A stretch of 64,000 bases of DNA. Source: Deltaproteobacteria bacterium (GTDB lineage: Bacteria > Desulfobacterota > Dissulfuribacteria > Dissulfuribacterales > QOAL01). The notes under the pieces were generated by a model. The model searched no databases, was not told where the DNA came from, and saw nothing but the letters and a program-made list of their open reading frames with translations. Positions within the stretch are counted from its first letter, which is position 1. Each line of letters opens with the position of its first letter. Position numbers and translations under genes: made by a program. The stretch is from positions 11,375 through 75,374 of the forward strand of contig WGDC01000052.1 of assembly GCA_015493475.1 (NCBI GenBank). Direction: 5' to 3'. Positions 9,229 through 19,365 of the stretch are shown here, piece after piece.

Positions 9229-9633
9229 TTATATCCTCTTGTCGAAAAGGGTACCGAAGCGGCCGTGCGTATCAAATACCGCCCCGGAAAAAATATCCTC
9301 TATCTCGACCCTCGCCACGGTGCCCTTGGTCTTCCTGTCACGCACCATTATTACCGTGCCTAAGTCCGGAGAATGGGATAGAATGGCCTCGAGATCGGGA
9401 TTGTTGTCAAGGAAATTAGACATTACCTCAAGGGCATACGCCGCCTCTTCCTCGCTTACCCCTGATGAGTCCTTCCATGGACCTTTTTCGTCCCTGTTCC
9501 CTTTGCCTGAACGAAGTCTGGCCTTCTCACCCTTTTTAACAGGACGCACTAGAGGCCTTTCCTCCCGTTGTTCACCAATAAGCTGGGGCGGAAGCAGGTT
9601 GAATGCCTTGAAATCAATACCCTTGAAATCCAT
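9229..9633 (-). CDS. Small protein, FlaG-like (tentative)
   Basis: C-terminal half (FLDNN...LGTVIMVRDRKTKGTVARVEIEDIF...GTLFDKRI) resembles the FlaG family layout and its typical ...G(L)L(V/F)DK(K/R)(I/A) ending. Confidence 0.4.
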   Translation of the reverse strand: MDFKGIDFKAFNLLPPQLIGEQREERPLVRPVKKGEKARLRSGKGNRDEKGPWKDSSGVSEEEAAYALEVMSNFLDNNPDLEAILSHSPDLGTVIMVRDRKTKGTVARVEIEDIFSGAVFDTHGRFGTLFDKRI

Positions 9634-9862
9634 AATTTACCAGATGGGACATTACGGACCCTGTGTGACCCTCTGAAAACCGTCGATTCTTGTAAAGACG
9701 GGCCCTAAAAGCATCATACCATTGGGCATGTGAGCGTTTTTTGAAACAGGAAGGCGGCGTCGAGCCAAAAGGAACGGTTCTTTCAGGAGTCTCCCTGTTA
9801 ATTAAATGTCCCTATGTATTATCCATCGACCTAAACGGACCCAAGCTCCAATTTTGTACCGG

Positions 9863-10753
9863 CTATCCATTTTCCCCAAGCAATGCCATGAGGGCCACCG
9901 GATCCACTCTCTTTCCGAGAAGGCTTACTCCCCAGTGCAGGTGAGGCCCGGTCACCCGGCCGGTGGCACCGGACAGCCCAATGATCTGCCCCTTTTTCAC
10001 CATCTGGCCCTTCCTGACCAGTACTCTCGAAAGATGCGCATAAAGGGTGAAAAGCCCGCCCCCGTGGTCAAGCACCACGGTTTTGCCGCTGAGATAGCAG
10101 TCCCTTACGAGTGCCACCCGCGCGGCATTTGGACTTTTTATGGGGGTATTCTCCATGGCCCTGATATCCACTCCCGAGTGGGGACTGCGCGGTTCACCGT
10201 TAAAAAAACGCCTTAGGCCAAAGGGACTCAGTATCTTGGACCTGACCGGCCAGATGAATGCGCCTTTCCAGTAGATTACGGGCCTTATCCTGCTGCACGC
10301 CCGGCGAATCGCCTTCTGGTCATCAAGAACACGTTTCAGAATCCGTGGTGGGAAGGAAACCATCTTTTCCGGCACGCGTAGGTACTCCGTCTTGTACCTT
10401 TTAGCCTTTACCCTTATATGCCATGGAACCACTGAGGAGACACCCTTTTTAACAAAGCAAAAGGCAAGCCTCTCTTCCCTTGGCCTCTCCTTTAGACCTG
10501 CGCCAACAAGAACCATGTAGCACCCGTTACGCAGCCTCTTGTACGGGACCATCACATTGGAAAAACTGACCCTTTTTAACAGGCAGCCAGAGGCTGCCCT
10601 TAACTCCACCTTGGCTACCCCACCCTGGTAAAGTGCTGCCGGTGTAGCGTTTATGCCAAGAAGACAGCCGTGTTCCTGGCAAAATGCGCAGCCTTGTGCG
10701 CAGAACAAAAAAAGGCCCAACAAGATCACAAAAAGGCAACTTTTGCTCTTCAT
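9863..10753 (-). CDS. M23 (LytM-type) metallopeptidase with signal peptide
   Basis: HSGVDI...DHGGGLFTLYAHLS...GATGRVTGPHLHWGV motifs. Confidence 0.85.
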   Translation of the reverse strand: MKSKSCLFVILLGLFLFCAQGCAFCQEHGCLLGINATPAALYQGGVAKVELRAASGCLLKRVSFSNVMVPYKRLRNGCYMVLVGAGLKERPREERLAFCFVKKGVSSVVPWHIRVKAKRYKTEYLRVPEKMVSFPPRILKRVLDDQKAIRRACSRIRPVIYWKGAFIWPVRSKILSPFGLRRFFNGEPRSPHSGVDIRAMENTPIKSPNAARVALVRDCYLSGKTVVLDHGGGLFTLYAHLSRVLVRKGQMVKKGQIIGLSGATGRVTGPHLHWGVSLLGKRVDPVALMALLGENG

Positions 10754-10759
10754 CTCAAA

Positions 10760-12238
10760 TTACCCCCCACCCATCCTTACTTGAGCAACCCTGCACAAGA
10801 CAGATCCCTTCTTCAACCTTACCTCCACTTCCTCTCCCTCTGTCACCGTAGCAGCGTCGGTAACAACCTTCCCAGTGGAAACCTCGAACACCAAGGCAAA
10901 GCCTTTTTTGATGCAATGCCCCGGATCAGCGGCTATGAGCCGGGAGTCCACCTCGAGAAAACGTCCCTTGTGAAAAAGGAGACGGGAGCGCGATAGGTCC
11001 TTCATCCTGCAAGTGACATGTTCAAGGACGGATCTCGACGCATCTATTTTCATGGTGGGGCTGTTGGCTGCTATCATTGAACGGAGGACAGACATGTGCT
11101 GCTCCTTCCGTGAAAGGCTCATGTTCATGGCAGCCGCCATTTTCCTCTGTGTATCGTCAAGCTGTAATTTCTGATCAATTAGTATCCCGGCAGGGTGTTT
11201 AAGCCTTGAAGCCGCCACGGAAAGCCTATGCCTGTTTTCTGCAAGCAAGCGCATGATACTGTTTTTTAGCCTGCTTACCGCTGCCGTGACCCTTTCCGCC
11301 ATCATTGAAGAGGAGGGACATACAAGTTCGGCCGCCGCAGTGGGAGTTGCCGCCCGCCTGTCAGCCACGAAATCGCATATGGTAAAGTCAACTTCGTGCC
11401 CCACGCCCGAGACAACCGGAACCCTGCACTCGTGTATCCTCATGGCAATGACCTCGTCATTAAAGGCCCAAAGGTCTTCCATGCTACCCCCACCCCTTGT
11501 CAGCACTATCACATCGCTATCTCCGGCGGCCTCCTCTGCCATGTCTATGGCTTGTAGTATGGCTCGAGGCGCATCGCTTCCCTGGACACTCGACGGCACG
11601 AGAACAATCCTGGCAGGCGGGAACTTGGACCTTGCCGTCTTGACAAAATCCCTGAACGCCGCGCCGGATGGAGAAGTGATTACAAAAATGGTGCCGGGCC
11701 AGGCAGGTAGATCCTTTTTCTTTTCTCTGTCAAAAAGCCCCGCACTGTTGAGCCGCTCCCTTAGCCTCTCGAACTCTATCTTAAGCCTACCCTCGCCCCA
11801 CGGCTCCACGTGATCAACTATAATCTGGAGATCTCCCCTGGCCTGGTAAACATTTACCCGCGCATGACACAGGATACGGGTTCCCTCCCTAATGTGACCG
11901 GCAGAGCCTGCATGGCTCCCCTTGAAGCATACGGACTTGAGACACCCCTTTTCGTCCTTTAGGGTGAAAAAACAGTGACCGGAAGGGGGCAGGGATACCC
12001 CACCCACCTCGCCCTCGACCCAGATAGAGCCGTATTCAAGGTCAAGAAGGGAATTGATGTGAAAAAGCAGCTCGCTTACACTCCAAACCCGTCTTTCTTT
12101 AAGGGGCGCAACCCCCTCCTCCGTCTCCATTTCCCGAAAGATAACGTCTTTCAGCGCTCCTTTCGGAAAAAGATCATCAAAAGAATCGGGAAAATCCATT
12201 ACTTGAACCTGCTTCCAATGTTTAAGCCTAGCGAACAC
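10760..12238 (-). CDS. xseA: Exodeoxyribonuclease VII large subunit
   Basis: WSVSELLFHINSLLD...IWVEGEV...SGHCFFTLKDE OB-fold N-terminus and catalytic core. The true start may be an internal Met (12199 or 12130). Confidence 0.9.
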   Translation of the reverse strand: MFARLKHWKQVQVMDFPDSFDDLFPKGALKDVIFREMETEEGVAPLKERRVWSVSELLFHINSLLDLEYGSIWVEGEVGGVSLPPSGHCFFTLKDEKGCLKSVCFKGSHAGSAGHIREGTRILCHARVNVYQARGDLQIIVDHVEPWGEGRLKIEFERLRERLNSAGLFDREKKKDLPAWPGTIFVITSPSGAAFRDFVKTARSKFPPARIVLVPSSVQGSDAPRAILQAIDMAEEAAGDSDVIVLTRGGGSMEDLWAFNDEVIAMRIHECRVPVVSGVGHEVDFTICDFVADRRAATPTAAAELVCPSSSMMAERVTAAVSRLKNSIMRLLAENRHRLSVAASRLKHPAGILIDQKLQLDDTQRKMAAAMNMSLSRKEQHMSVLRSMIAANSPTMKIDASRSVLEHVTCRMKDLSRSRLLFHKGRFLEVDSRLIAADPGHCIKKGFALVFEVSTGKVVTDAATVTEGEEVEVRLKKGSVLCRVAQVRMGGG

Positions 12239-12362
12239 CTTGTTAACACGAATTACATTGCCTAATCTATATATTGATATAGTATCATGAAAATCAAAAC
12301 AAGCTGCCCCGTTTCCAAGGGCGCATGATTTAACATTACAACAACTTTACGGAGGTGTCTCC

Positions 12363-12677
12363 ATGGAGGAAAGGGAAAAAATCAGGGTGGAAAACAATAC
12401 CACGGAAAAGGCGGGGCCTTCCGATATTCCTCTTCCTGAGGTTACGTTCGCCACATTCATGCTTTCCCTGAACACGTCTGCTCTGGTTCATCTCGGCGAA
12501 CTTCCTGAGCCCGGTAAAGAAGAACCCAAGGTAGACCTGACCCTAGCAAGGCACGCCATAGACACCATCGCCATGCTAAAGGAAAAGACAAAGGGCAACC
12601 TAACCGAGGAAGAGGAGGCGCTTATTGACAACATGCTCTTTGATCTCAGGATGAAGTTCGTGCAAAAAGCTGGTTGA
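12363..12677 (+). CDS. DUF1844 family protein
   Basis: VTFATFMLSLNTSALVHLGE motif and ~100-aa size. Confidence 0.65.
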   Translation: MEEREKIRVENNTTEKAGPSDIPLPEVTFATFMLSLNTSALVHLGELPEPGKEEPKVDLTLARHAIDTIAMLKEKTKGNLTEEEEALIDNMLFDLRMKFVQKAG

Positions 12678-13516
12678 TGCGTTGGTTCAAATCGCCTGCA
12701 AAGATAAACAGGTTTCTGCATATCAAGGCGAAGCTCGCCAGTGGTTATCACGAGATAGTCACTGTCTTTGAAAAAATCGCCTTTTTCGACCACGTAGGCA
12801 TAGAACTGAGGCGGGACGGCAAGTCTGACACGAAAATTTCCTGCCCGGACTGGCTGACTTCAGGACCTGACAACTTAGTATATCAGGCGGTCCAAAAATT
12901 CCGGGAGGCTGCTATGATGGACTTTAGCGTGCACGTAGAGCTTAAAAAGCACATCCCTGCCGGAGCTGGGCTTGGCGGTGGAAGCTCCAACTGCGGAACC
13001 ACCTTAAGGGCAGTAAATAGCATGCTCGGCGAGCCACTTTCTATTGAAGCATTGATGCTCCTTGCTCGTTCCATAGGGGCAGACTGCCCATTTTTCGTTT
13101 CCGACTGGACCTTCGCACTCGGGACAGGAACGGGGGCTACACTTGAAAAGATATCCCTTGACGCCAACTGGTACATGCTCGTGCTGCCTGATTTTGCCGT
13201 TAACACAGGGTGGGCGTACCAGAATTTCAAGTTGACAATCAAGGGGGATGAAACTATTTTTGAGCCTCGCAAGGTCCAAGCTTGTTACGAATGGAAAAAT
13301 GACCTGGAAGGGCCAGTTTGCGAGAGGTATCCGGTCATTTCCAGGATAAAATCGTGCCTGTTGGACTCAGGAGCTAAAACTGCCTTGATGTCGGGAAGCG
13401 GCTCAACCGTCTTTGGCGTGTTCGAAACCATGCAGCAGGCGCTTGACGCCGTGGAAGGGGTAAGGCGGGATACGGGTTACAGGTGCCTGGTTACCAAAAC
13501 ACTTGACAAAGACTAA
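12674..13516 (+). CDS. ispE: 4-diphosphocytidyl-2-C-methyl-D-erythritol kinase
   Basis: PAKINRFLHI N-terminus and GHMP kinase motif PAGAGLGGGSSN. ATG at 12677 overlaps the upstream stop (TGATG). Confidence 0.9.
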   Translation: MMRWFKSPAKINRFLHIKAKLASGYHEIVTVFEKIAFFDHVGIELRRDGKSDTKISCPDWLTSGPDNLVYQAVQKFREAAMMDFSVHVELKKHIPAGAGLGGGSSNCGTTLRAVNSMLGEPLSIEALMLLARSIGADCPFFVSDWTFALGTGTGATLEKISLDANWYMLVLPDFAVNTGWAYQNFKLTIKGDETIFEPRKVQACYEWKNDLEGPVCERYPVISRIKSCLLDSGAKTALMSGSGSTVFGVFETMQQALDAVEGVRRDTGYRCLVTKTLDKD

Positions 13517-13526
13517 ACCTATGAGT

Positions 13527-13601
13527 TGGGGCGTCGTCAAGCGGTAAGACACGGGTCTTTGGAACCCGCATTCGCAGGTTCGAATCCTGCCGCCCCAGCC
13601 A
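13527..13601 (+). tRNA. tRNA-Gln (anticodon UUG), CCA encoded
   Basis: Acceptor TGGGGCG/CGCCCCA, anticodon stem CGGGT/ACCCG with loop CTTTGGA, T-arm GGTTCGAATCC. Confidence 0.9.
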
Positions 13602-13701
13602 TTTTTTTGTTCTTTTCACGTGGCTCAGGCAACTAAGCAGGTTCTTGCAATCAAGGCTTATTAAGTGCAATCTTTCATGAATCTTGGGGGGCTGAAAGAC
13701 A

Positions 13702-14649
13702 ATGTCCATCAATAAAATCAAGGTGTTCACAGGAAACGCACATCACTCTTTGTCCCAGGAGATATGCGACTACCTAAACATGCCCCTTGGACGCGCCCAG
13801 GTCAAAAAATTCAGCGATGGAGAGACCTTTGTCGAGATAGGGGAAAACGTAAGAGGTGCGGATGTATTCGTTATCCAGCCCACGTGTCCGCCTGTGAATG
13901 ACCATCTGATGGAGCTTCTCATAATGGTTGACGCCCTTAGAAGAGCTTCAGCCAGGCGTATCACCGCTGTAGTCCCCTATTATGGTTACGCGCGCCAGGA
14001 CAGGAAGGCAGCACCGAGGGTGCCCATATCAGCAAAACTTGTCGCGGATATCATAACCACTGCGGGCGCCAGGCGGCTACTCGCCATGGACCTACACGCC
14101 GGCCAGATACAGGGCTTTTTCAGCATCCCGGTTGACCACCTGTTCGCTGCGCCCGTGCTGCTGAAACACCTTCACGAGTTCCCGCGGGACGAGGTAGTAA
14201 TGGTTTCTCCCGATGCTGGAGGCGTAGAAAGAACCCGCGCCTTTGCCAAACGCCTTGGAACGGGGCTTGCCATCATCGACAAGAGGCGTGAGAAGGCCAA
14301 TGAGTCCCAGGTGATGAACATAATTGGGGATGTCAAGAATAAGACAGCCATAGTACTCGACGACATGGTTGACACTGCCGGCACGCTTTGCAATGCCGCC
14401 GAGGCCTTGCAGGAACACGGGGCAAAGGAGGTGCATGCATGCGCCACCCATCCGGTCCTGTCCGGCCCTGCGGTTGAACGGATTAAAAATTCGGTCCTCA
14501 AATCCCTAATGGTTACCAATACCATTCCCCTTGGGGACAAGGCCAAAGAACTTGGGGACAAGGTTAAGGTCTTTACCGTTGCTCCAATTCTCGGAGAGGC
14601 CATATCGAGAATACATGACGACGATTCGGTCAGTTCCCTCTTTGTATAA
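13702..14649 (+). CDS. prs: Ribose-phosphate pyrophosphokinase
   Basis: Full-length PRPP synthetase pattern (FSDGE..., [33 protein letters not shown]). Confidence 0.95.
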   Translation: MSINKIKVFTGNAHHSLSQEICDYLNMPLGRAQVKKFSDGETFVEIGENVRGADVFVIQPTCPPVNDHLMELLIMVDALRRASARRITAVVPYYGYARQDRKAAPRVPISAKLVADIITTAGARRLLAMDLHAGQIQGFFSIPVDHLFAAPVLLKHLHEFPRDEVVMVSPDAGGVERTRAFAKRLGTGLAIIDKRREKANESQVMNIIGDVKNKTAIVLDDMVDTAGTLCNAAEALQEHGAKEVHACATHPVLSGPAVERIKNSVLKSLMVTNTIPLGDKAKELGDKVKVFTVAPILGEAISRIHDDDSVSSLFV

Positions 14650-14688
14650 CCGGCCAAGGAAACAAAATAGCATATTAGGAGTTAGGAA

Positions 14689-15321
14689 ATGATTCAGATA
14701 AATCTGGACGCACAGGTAAGAACGCAAGGCGGAAAAGGCGTTGCCAGGAAGCTAAGGAAGGACGGCAAGATACCTGGTGTTTTGTATGGGCCCAAAATGG
14801 ACCCGGTGAGCCTAAGCGTAAGCGCCCATGAATTCAACAAGGTCCTGATAAGGGCCGAGGGAGAACAGGTCATATTTACCATCAGGCTTGACGGCGACGA
14901 AAAACTCGCCCTTATCAAGGAAATGCAGAGGCATCCTGTAAACGACAGCGTCCGTCACATTGATTTCTATGCAATATCCGTGGAGGACAAGGTTGAGGTG
15001 GAGGTTCCCATCAAGCCTATCGGCAAGGCGAAAGGTGTGGAGCTGAACGCAGGCGTACTCGAAATGATCCAGAGAACCGTCACCATCAAGTGTCTGCCCC
15101 TTGCAATTCCCAAGGAAATAGAAGTTGACATAAGTGACCTCGATGTAGGCGACGCCCTTCACGTCAGCGATCTGTCTGCCATGGAAGGCATTGAATTTAC
15201 TGAGGCCCCTGACACCACCCTGATAACGGTGGTCGGTGGCACTGTACAGGCCGAGGAAGAGGCTGAGGAGGCAGAAATCGAGGAGACTGAAGGCGCCGAG
15301 GAAGCCCCTTCAGAAGAATAA
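14689..15321 (+). CDS. rplY: 50S ribosomal protein L25/general stress protein Ctc
   Basis: RKDGKIPGVLYG motif and acidic C-terminal tail. Confidence 0.9.
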   Translation: MIQINLDAQVRTQGGKGVARKLRKDGKIPGVLYGPKMDPVSLSVSAHEFNKVLIRAEGEQVIFTIRLDGDEKLALIKEMQRHPVNDSVRHIDFYAISVEDKVEVEVPIKPIGKAKGVELNAGVLEMIQRTVTIKCLPLAIPKEIEVDISDLDVGDALHVSDLSAMEGIEFTEAPDTTLITVVGGTVQAEEEAEEAEIEETEGAEEAPSEE

Positions 15322-15336
15322 ATAACACAAACGGGC

Positions 15337-15365
15337 GGGCAGCCTTGTCTGCCTGTTTAATCTTT
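15337..15365 (+). terminator. Possible weak intrinsic terminator after rplY
   Basis: GGGCAG-ccttgt-CTGCCT hairpin followed by T-rich gtttaatctttt. Confidence 0.3.
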
Positions 15366-15380
15366 TCCGCAAATGCTTAG

Positions 15381-15971
15381 TTGAAAAGAATCCTTGTAGC
15401 AGGTTTAGGAAATCCAGGTCGAAGGTATCAAGATACGAGGCACAATGTAGGCTTCTCGGTTATTGACCTCCTTGCCCGGCAGGCTTGCCTGACTTTCAGG
15501 GAGGAACGTGTTCCACCGAGGTATCTCATTGCAGACGCCCACCTGTGGGAAAAGAGGGTGCTTCTTTTAAAACCCATAGAGTACATGAACCGTAGCGGAG
15601 GGCCTATTTCGAGGGTTGCCTCTTACTACCGCATACTGCCTGAAGCCATACTTGTGGTCCACGACGATCTTGACGTGCCTCTCGGACGAATGAAATTTGC
15701 CCGTTCAGGTGGCCACGGCGGTCATAACGGGGTTCGTTCCATCATAGAAAGCATGGGAACGAGATCGTTTCCGAGACTCAAGTTCGGCATTGGGCGCCCA
15801 CCCCGCGGCATGCCGACGGAACGTTATGTACTCAGCGGCTTCTCAAGTGACGAAGGTCCCGTCGCGAAGAAGGTGATGGAACTTGCTGTCAAGGGCATAG
15901 AAGAATTCGTCAGAAAAGGTATAGATTCTGCCATGAACAAATTTAACGGACTTGAGGTGGCCTCTTCATGA
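15381..15971 (+). CDS. pth: Peptidyl-tRNA hydrolase (TTG start)
   Basis: ILVAGLGNPGRRYQDTRHNVGF and GGHGGHNGVRSI motifs. Confidence 0.95.
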   Translation: MKRILVAGLGNPGRRYQDTRHNVGFSVIDLLARQACLTFREERVPPRYLIADAHLWEKRVLLLKPIEYMNRSGGPISRVASYYRILPEAILVVHDDLDVPLGRMKFARSGGHGGHNGVRSIIESMGTRSFPRLKFGIGRPPRGMPTERYVLSGFSSDEGPVAKKVMELAVKGIEEFVRKGIDSAMNKFNGLEVASS

Positions 15972-17314
15972 AAAAACTGCTTTCTTTGACCGTTTTAATC
16001 TTGATAATCTGCGCCATAGCGGCGGGAACCTTTCTTGGATTCAGGCTTTTTGAAGGACAAGCACCCGAAATCACGGTTGTGAAGGCCCCCCAGATTATCG
16101 GCAATGGTGGGGAAATAAGCGTTAGGGTTAGGGACAACCAGGCCGGCATCAGGCTAGTTGAGGCACGGGTCGTCCAGGGAAACCACCGGGTTCCTCTTGG
16201 AGAAAAGGCCGTTTCCATCCCGAGCAGGTGGACGGGCTCTCCAGAAAAGGAGATGGTATTGACCTGGCAGATAAATCCACGTAAGGAAGGGCTTTCCCCG
16301 GGAAAGGCCACCCTTGTAATAAGCGCCTTTGACGCCTCCCTAAGAAACGGTTCCAAGGGAAATCAATCCATCATGGAGATTCCGTTAAACATAGACTACA
16401 TACCACCGGTTATCACGGTCTTGTCTACCATACATAACATACGCGTTGGAGGCTCTGGGGCCCTATCATTCCGCCTGAACGAACCGGTCACAATGGCGGG
16501 CGTAAGGATCGATAACCGTTTCTTCAGGGCATACAAGGGAAATGATGGTATATACCGGGTATTGTTTGCCATGCCATTTAACGTTGATCATCCAAGGGTT
16601 GTTGAAATTGAAGCCAAGGATCTTGCCGGAAACAGATCGGTTGCAGGGTTTGCTTACCGGATTTTCCCAAGACGCAAGAAGGAGGACCGCATTAACATCC
16701 CGGACTCCTTTTTACGTCAGAAGATGCCCGGTTTCGAAAGCAGGTTCCCGGAAGTAGCAGCCCCGAGCCTCATTGCAACCTTCATTAAAGTAAACCATCT
16801 TCTTCGCAAGAAAAACAACGGTTTTCTGCTTTCCCTTTGCGGCAAAAGCATTGGCAAGATATTGTTCTCTGGAAAGTTTATTCGCTTCAAAGGCGCCCAG
16901 AAATCTGGCTTTGCGGACAAGAGGCACTATTTTTACCACGGCAGGGAGGTTGATCAGGCATATCACATGGGCGTTGACATAGCCTCTATTGCACATGCCA
17001 AGGTGCCGGCGGCCAACAACGGCAGGGTGGTATTTTCCGACTACAACGGGATATATGGAAATACCATTGTGATAGATCACGGCATGGGCCTTATGAGCCT
17101 CTATGCGCACCTCAGTGAAATGATGGTCCATGTCGGACAGGATGTGCAAAAAGGCCAGATCATTGGCATAACCGACTCCACTGGCCTGGCCGGCGGTGAC
17201 CACCTCCATTGTGGAATGATGCTCGGGGGCGTATTCGTAAACCCGGTGGAGTGGTGGGACTCTCGATGGATACGGGACCATATAACCTACAACCTTTACA
17301 TAAAGCCGGATTAA
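15968..17314 (+). CDS. M23 family metallopeptidase with N-terminal membrane anchor
   Basis: HMGVDIAS...DHGMGLMSLYAHLS...GGDHLHCGM. ATGA overlap with pth. Confidence 0.85.
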   Translation: MKKLLSLTVLILIICAIAAGTFLGFRLFEGQAPEITVVKAPQIIGNGGEISVRVRDNQAGIRLVEARVVQGNHRVPLGEKAVSIPSRWTGSPEKEMVLTWQINPRKEGLSPGKATLVISAFDASLRNGSKGNQSIMEIPLNIDYIPPVITVLSTIHNIRVGGSGALSFRLNEPVTMAGVRIDNRFFRAYKGNDGIYRVLFAMPFNVDHPRVVEIEAKDLAGNRSVAGFAYRIFPRRKKEDRINIPDSFLRQKMPGFESRFPEVAAPSLIATFIKVNHLLRKKNNGFLLSLCGKSIGKILFSGKFIRFKGAQKSGFADKRHYFYHGREVDQAYHMGVDIASIAHAKVPAANNGRVVFSDYNGIYGNTIVIDHGMGLMSLYAHLSEMMVHVGQDVQKGQIIGITDSTGLAGGDHLHCGMMLGGVFVNPVEWWDSRWIRDHITYNLYIKPD

Positions 17315-17327
17315 GGGCGGAAACCCA

Positions 17328-17999
17328 ATGCGCTACGTAGCACCAGAGCCCAACACGTTTACAAAGGCCGCCTCATTATTCATGATCGCGTTTTTTTTGT
17401 GCGGATTCAACTTTTCCAATCCACGGAAGCTGCGAAAGGAGATACGGAAGGAGATACGGGCGGAGCTTGAAAAAATCATAGAAAAAACCCCGAGCGGAAA
17501 GCTGCGAAACGATTGGTGGGAGAAAAAGCGCATTGCCGAGGAGGGGCTCAACAGGGCGCTAATGCTCGATGCCCCGAGTTACTGCCCGAAAAAGTGGGAC
17601 GAGGCTGTACTCTTGTTTAAAAAGGCAAAAAAATACGCATCAAAAAGGGAGTACAGAAAGGCCATTTACCTTGCTAAAAAGACCAGCGAATTTGCTACTG
17701 GGGCAGAAGCGTGTGCAAGTAGATACATCGAGCAGCAGGATGCGGAGCTTAAGAAGCAGTACGAGGGCCTGAGGAACCACATGGACGAGATAATGGGCCT
17801 TATACCTCCCGATGCTGAAAACCTTATAAAAAAGGCGAGCGAACTATCCCTGAAGATAGAGGATATCGCGTCTGCCACGAGCCTTAGGCAATTTCAGGAT
17901 GCAAAAAGGCTGTGCAAGAAACTGAGGGTTAGGGTTTCAAGGCTGGAAAAGGAGGTAAAAGAGTACAGGCTCGAACATGAACCCAAAGAAGAACTCTAA
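17328..17999 (+). CDS. Hypothetical helical/coiled-coil protein with hydrophobic N-terminus
   Basis: ORF with good context only; K/E-rich helical sequence; no confident family. Confidence 0.4.
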   Translation: MRYVAPEPNTFTKAASLFMIAFFLCGFNFSNPRKLRKEIRKEIRAELEKIIEKTPSGKLRNDWWEKKRIAEEGLNRALMLDAPSYCPKKWDEAVLLFKKAKKYASKREYRKAIYLAKKTSEFATGAEACASRYIEQQDAELKKQYEGLRNHMDEIMGLIPPDAENLIKKASELSLKIEDIASATSLRQFQDAKRLCKKLRVRVSRLEKEVKEYRLEHEPKEEL

Positions 18000-18888
18000 C
18001 CGTTCCATACTCGTCCATTTCGAGGCCCGAAACCACCATCTGACAAGGATAATAAAACTCATACTGGACAGGGGCATTCCCTGCCTTCCTAATGACAGCC
18101 TTGGTTTTCTCACAACCAAAAACGGGGGTTTGTTTCTTAGAATAACGGCGGAAGACCGTGTCATCAACAAAGTCCTGGAAACCCTGCAGTCCCTTGTTGA
18201 AATGGCCGACCGGGCGAGTACCGGCCAGGAAACGTCCCTAACCATAATGGATGAAACGGCGACTGAATATTCACTTGGAGAGGTAGAAACCGTTCTCACG
18301 GAAAACTGGAAAATAGGATTTGTGACACCTATGGCGGTAAGGGAATGGGACCACAGGAAGAATACCATCCTTCTCACACCTCACATACGCGCCTTTGGAA
18401 GCGGGATTCACCCCTCCACGCGGCTTGCAGCCCAGGGCCTGGAATATCTGTCGGAAATGGGGAAAATCGGTTCCGCGTCGGTGCTCGACGTTGGAACAGG
18501 TTCTGGAATCCTTTCCATACTATCGGTATTCCTCGGAGCAAAAAGGGTAGCCGCCATAGACATAGACCAAGAAATCATCGAGGCCGCCCGTGCAAACTTC
18601 ATTCTTAACGGGGTAATAGAAAAAATCACGGTCACCACTGCGACTCTTACGAAATTGCATTGGCAGGATGCAGATGTTATTGTTGCAAATCTTGCCCCTT
18701 CTGTCACTTTTGCCATTCTCGATGCAATGGTTAAAAAACTCGGCAGCGGGGGATGCCTCCTGCTTTCAGGCCACGGCATTGAAACAAGGGAAGAAATATG
18801 TAATCGCTTAAACGGTTACGGAATTGCAATGGAGAAGGGATTTCACAAAAATCACTGGAGTGCGGAACTATTTGTTTTCAGGAGATAA
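17977..18888 (+). CDS. prmA: Ribosomal protein L11 methyltransferase-like SAM-dependent methyltransferase
   Basis: FGSGIHPSTRL...VLDVGTGSGILSI...AIDID motifs. The N-terminal domain is atypical. Confidence 0.7.
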   Translation: MNPKKNSNRSILVHFEARNHHLTRIIKLILDRGIPCLPNDSLGFLTTKNGGLFLRITAEDRVINKVLETLQSLVEMADRASTGQETSLTIMDETATEYSLGEVETVLTENWKIGFVTPMAVREWDHRKNTILLTPHIRAFGSGIHPSTRLAAQGLEYLSEMGKIGSASVLDVGTGSGILSILSVFLGAKRVAAIDIDQEIIEAARANFILNGVIEKITVTTATLTKLHWQDADVIVANLAPSVTFAILDAMVKKLGSGGCLLLSGHGIETREEICNRLNGYGIAMEKGFHKNHWSAELFVFRR

Positions 18889-18892
18889 AGGT

Positions 18893-19363
18893 ATGGAACT
18901 TTCCTTGATACTTATTCCAACAGACTTTTCTGACTGCGCAATGAATTCCCTCGATTATGCGAAACAGATGGCAGAGAAGTTTGGCTCAAAGCTAATACTC
19001 TTGAACGTGATTGATAGCAGGGAGGCGCAACATTTTGCCTCCTATTCCAAGGAAGACCTTGACAAGGTACTCGACAGACTTATGAACCAGGGCAAGCAAG
19101 CGTTCCGAAAACTCCTTGCCGGCTGGGAAGACAGCGATCTTGTACAGGAGACCCTTGTATCCGTAGGCATGCCCTTTCAGGAAATCGCCATGAAGGCGCG
19201 GGACTTCCAGGTGGACCTGATACTGATGGGCGGATACGGCAGCAGGGGCAAGGGGGGAACAATTGAGGAAATATTCTTCGGAAGCACGGTGGAGAAGGTG
19301 GTCCGCCTCCTGCCCTGCCCTGTCCTCTGCGTGCCCATTGGCTGGCCCGAAGAACGTTTATAG
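18893..19363 (+). CDS. Universal stress protein
   Basis: ILIPTDFSDCAMNSL...ILMGGYG...FGSTVEKVVRLLPCPVLCV. Start placed at ATG 18893. Confidence 0.8.
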   Translation: MELSLILIPTDFSDCAMNSLDYAKQMAEKFGSKLILLNVIDSREAQHFASYSKEDLDKVLDRLMNQGKQAFRKLLAGWEDSDLVQETLVSVGMPFQEIAMKARDFQVDLILMGGYGSRGKGGTIEEIFFGSTVEKVVRLLPCPVLCVPIGWPEERL

Positions 19364-19365
19364 GA

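Noticed and set aside
13527-13601. Checked both tRNA genes (13527-13601 and 32427-32502) as possible integration sites for mobile elements.
   Set aside because: I saw no integrase, no direct repeat of the tRNA 3' end and no compositional break. Both tRNAs sit in conserved housekeeping synteny.
17436-17459. Perfect 12-bp tandem duplication aaggagatacgg x2.
   Set aside because: It is in-frame inside the hypothetical gene at 17328-17999 (encoding RKEIRKEIR). It is a trivial two-copy slippage product with no further copies in the window.
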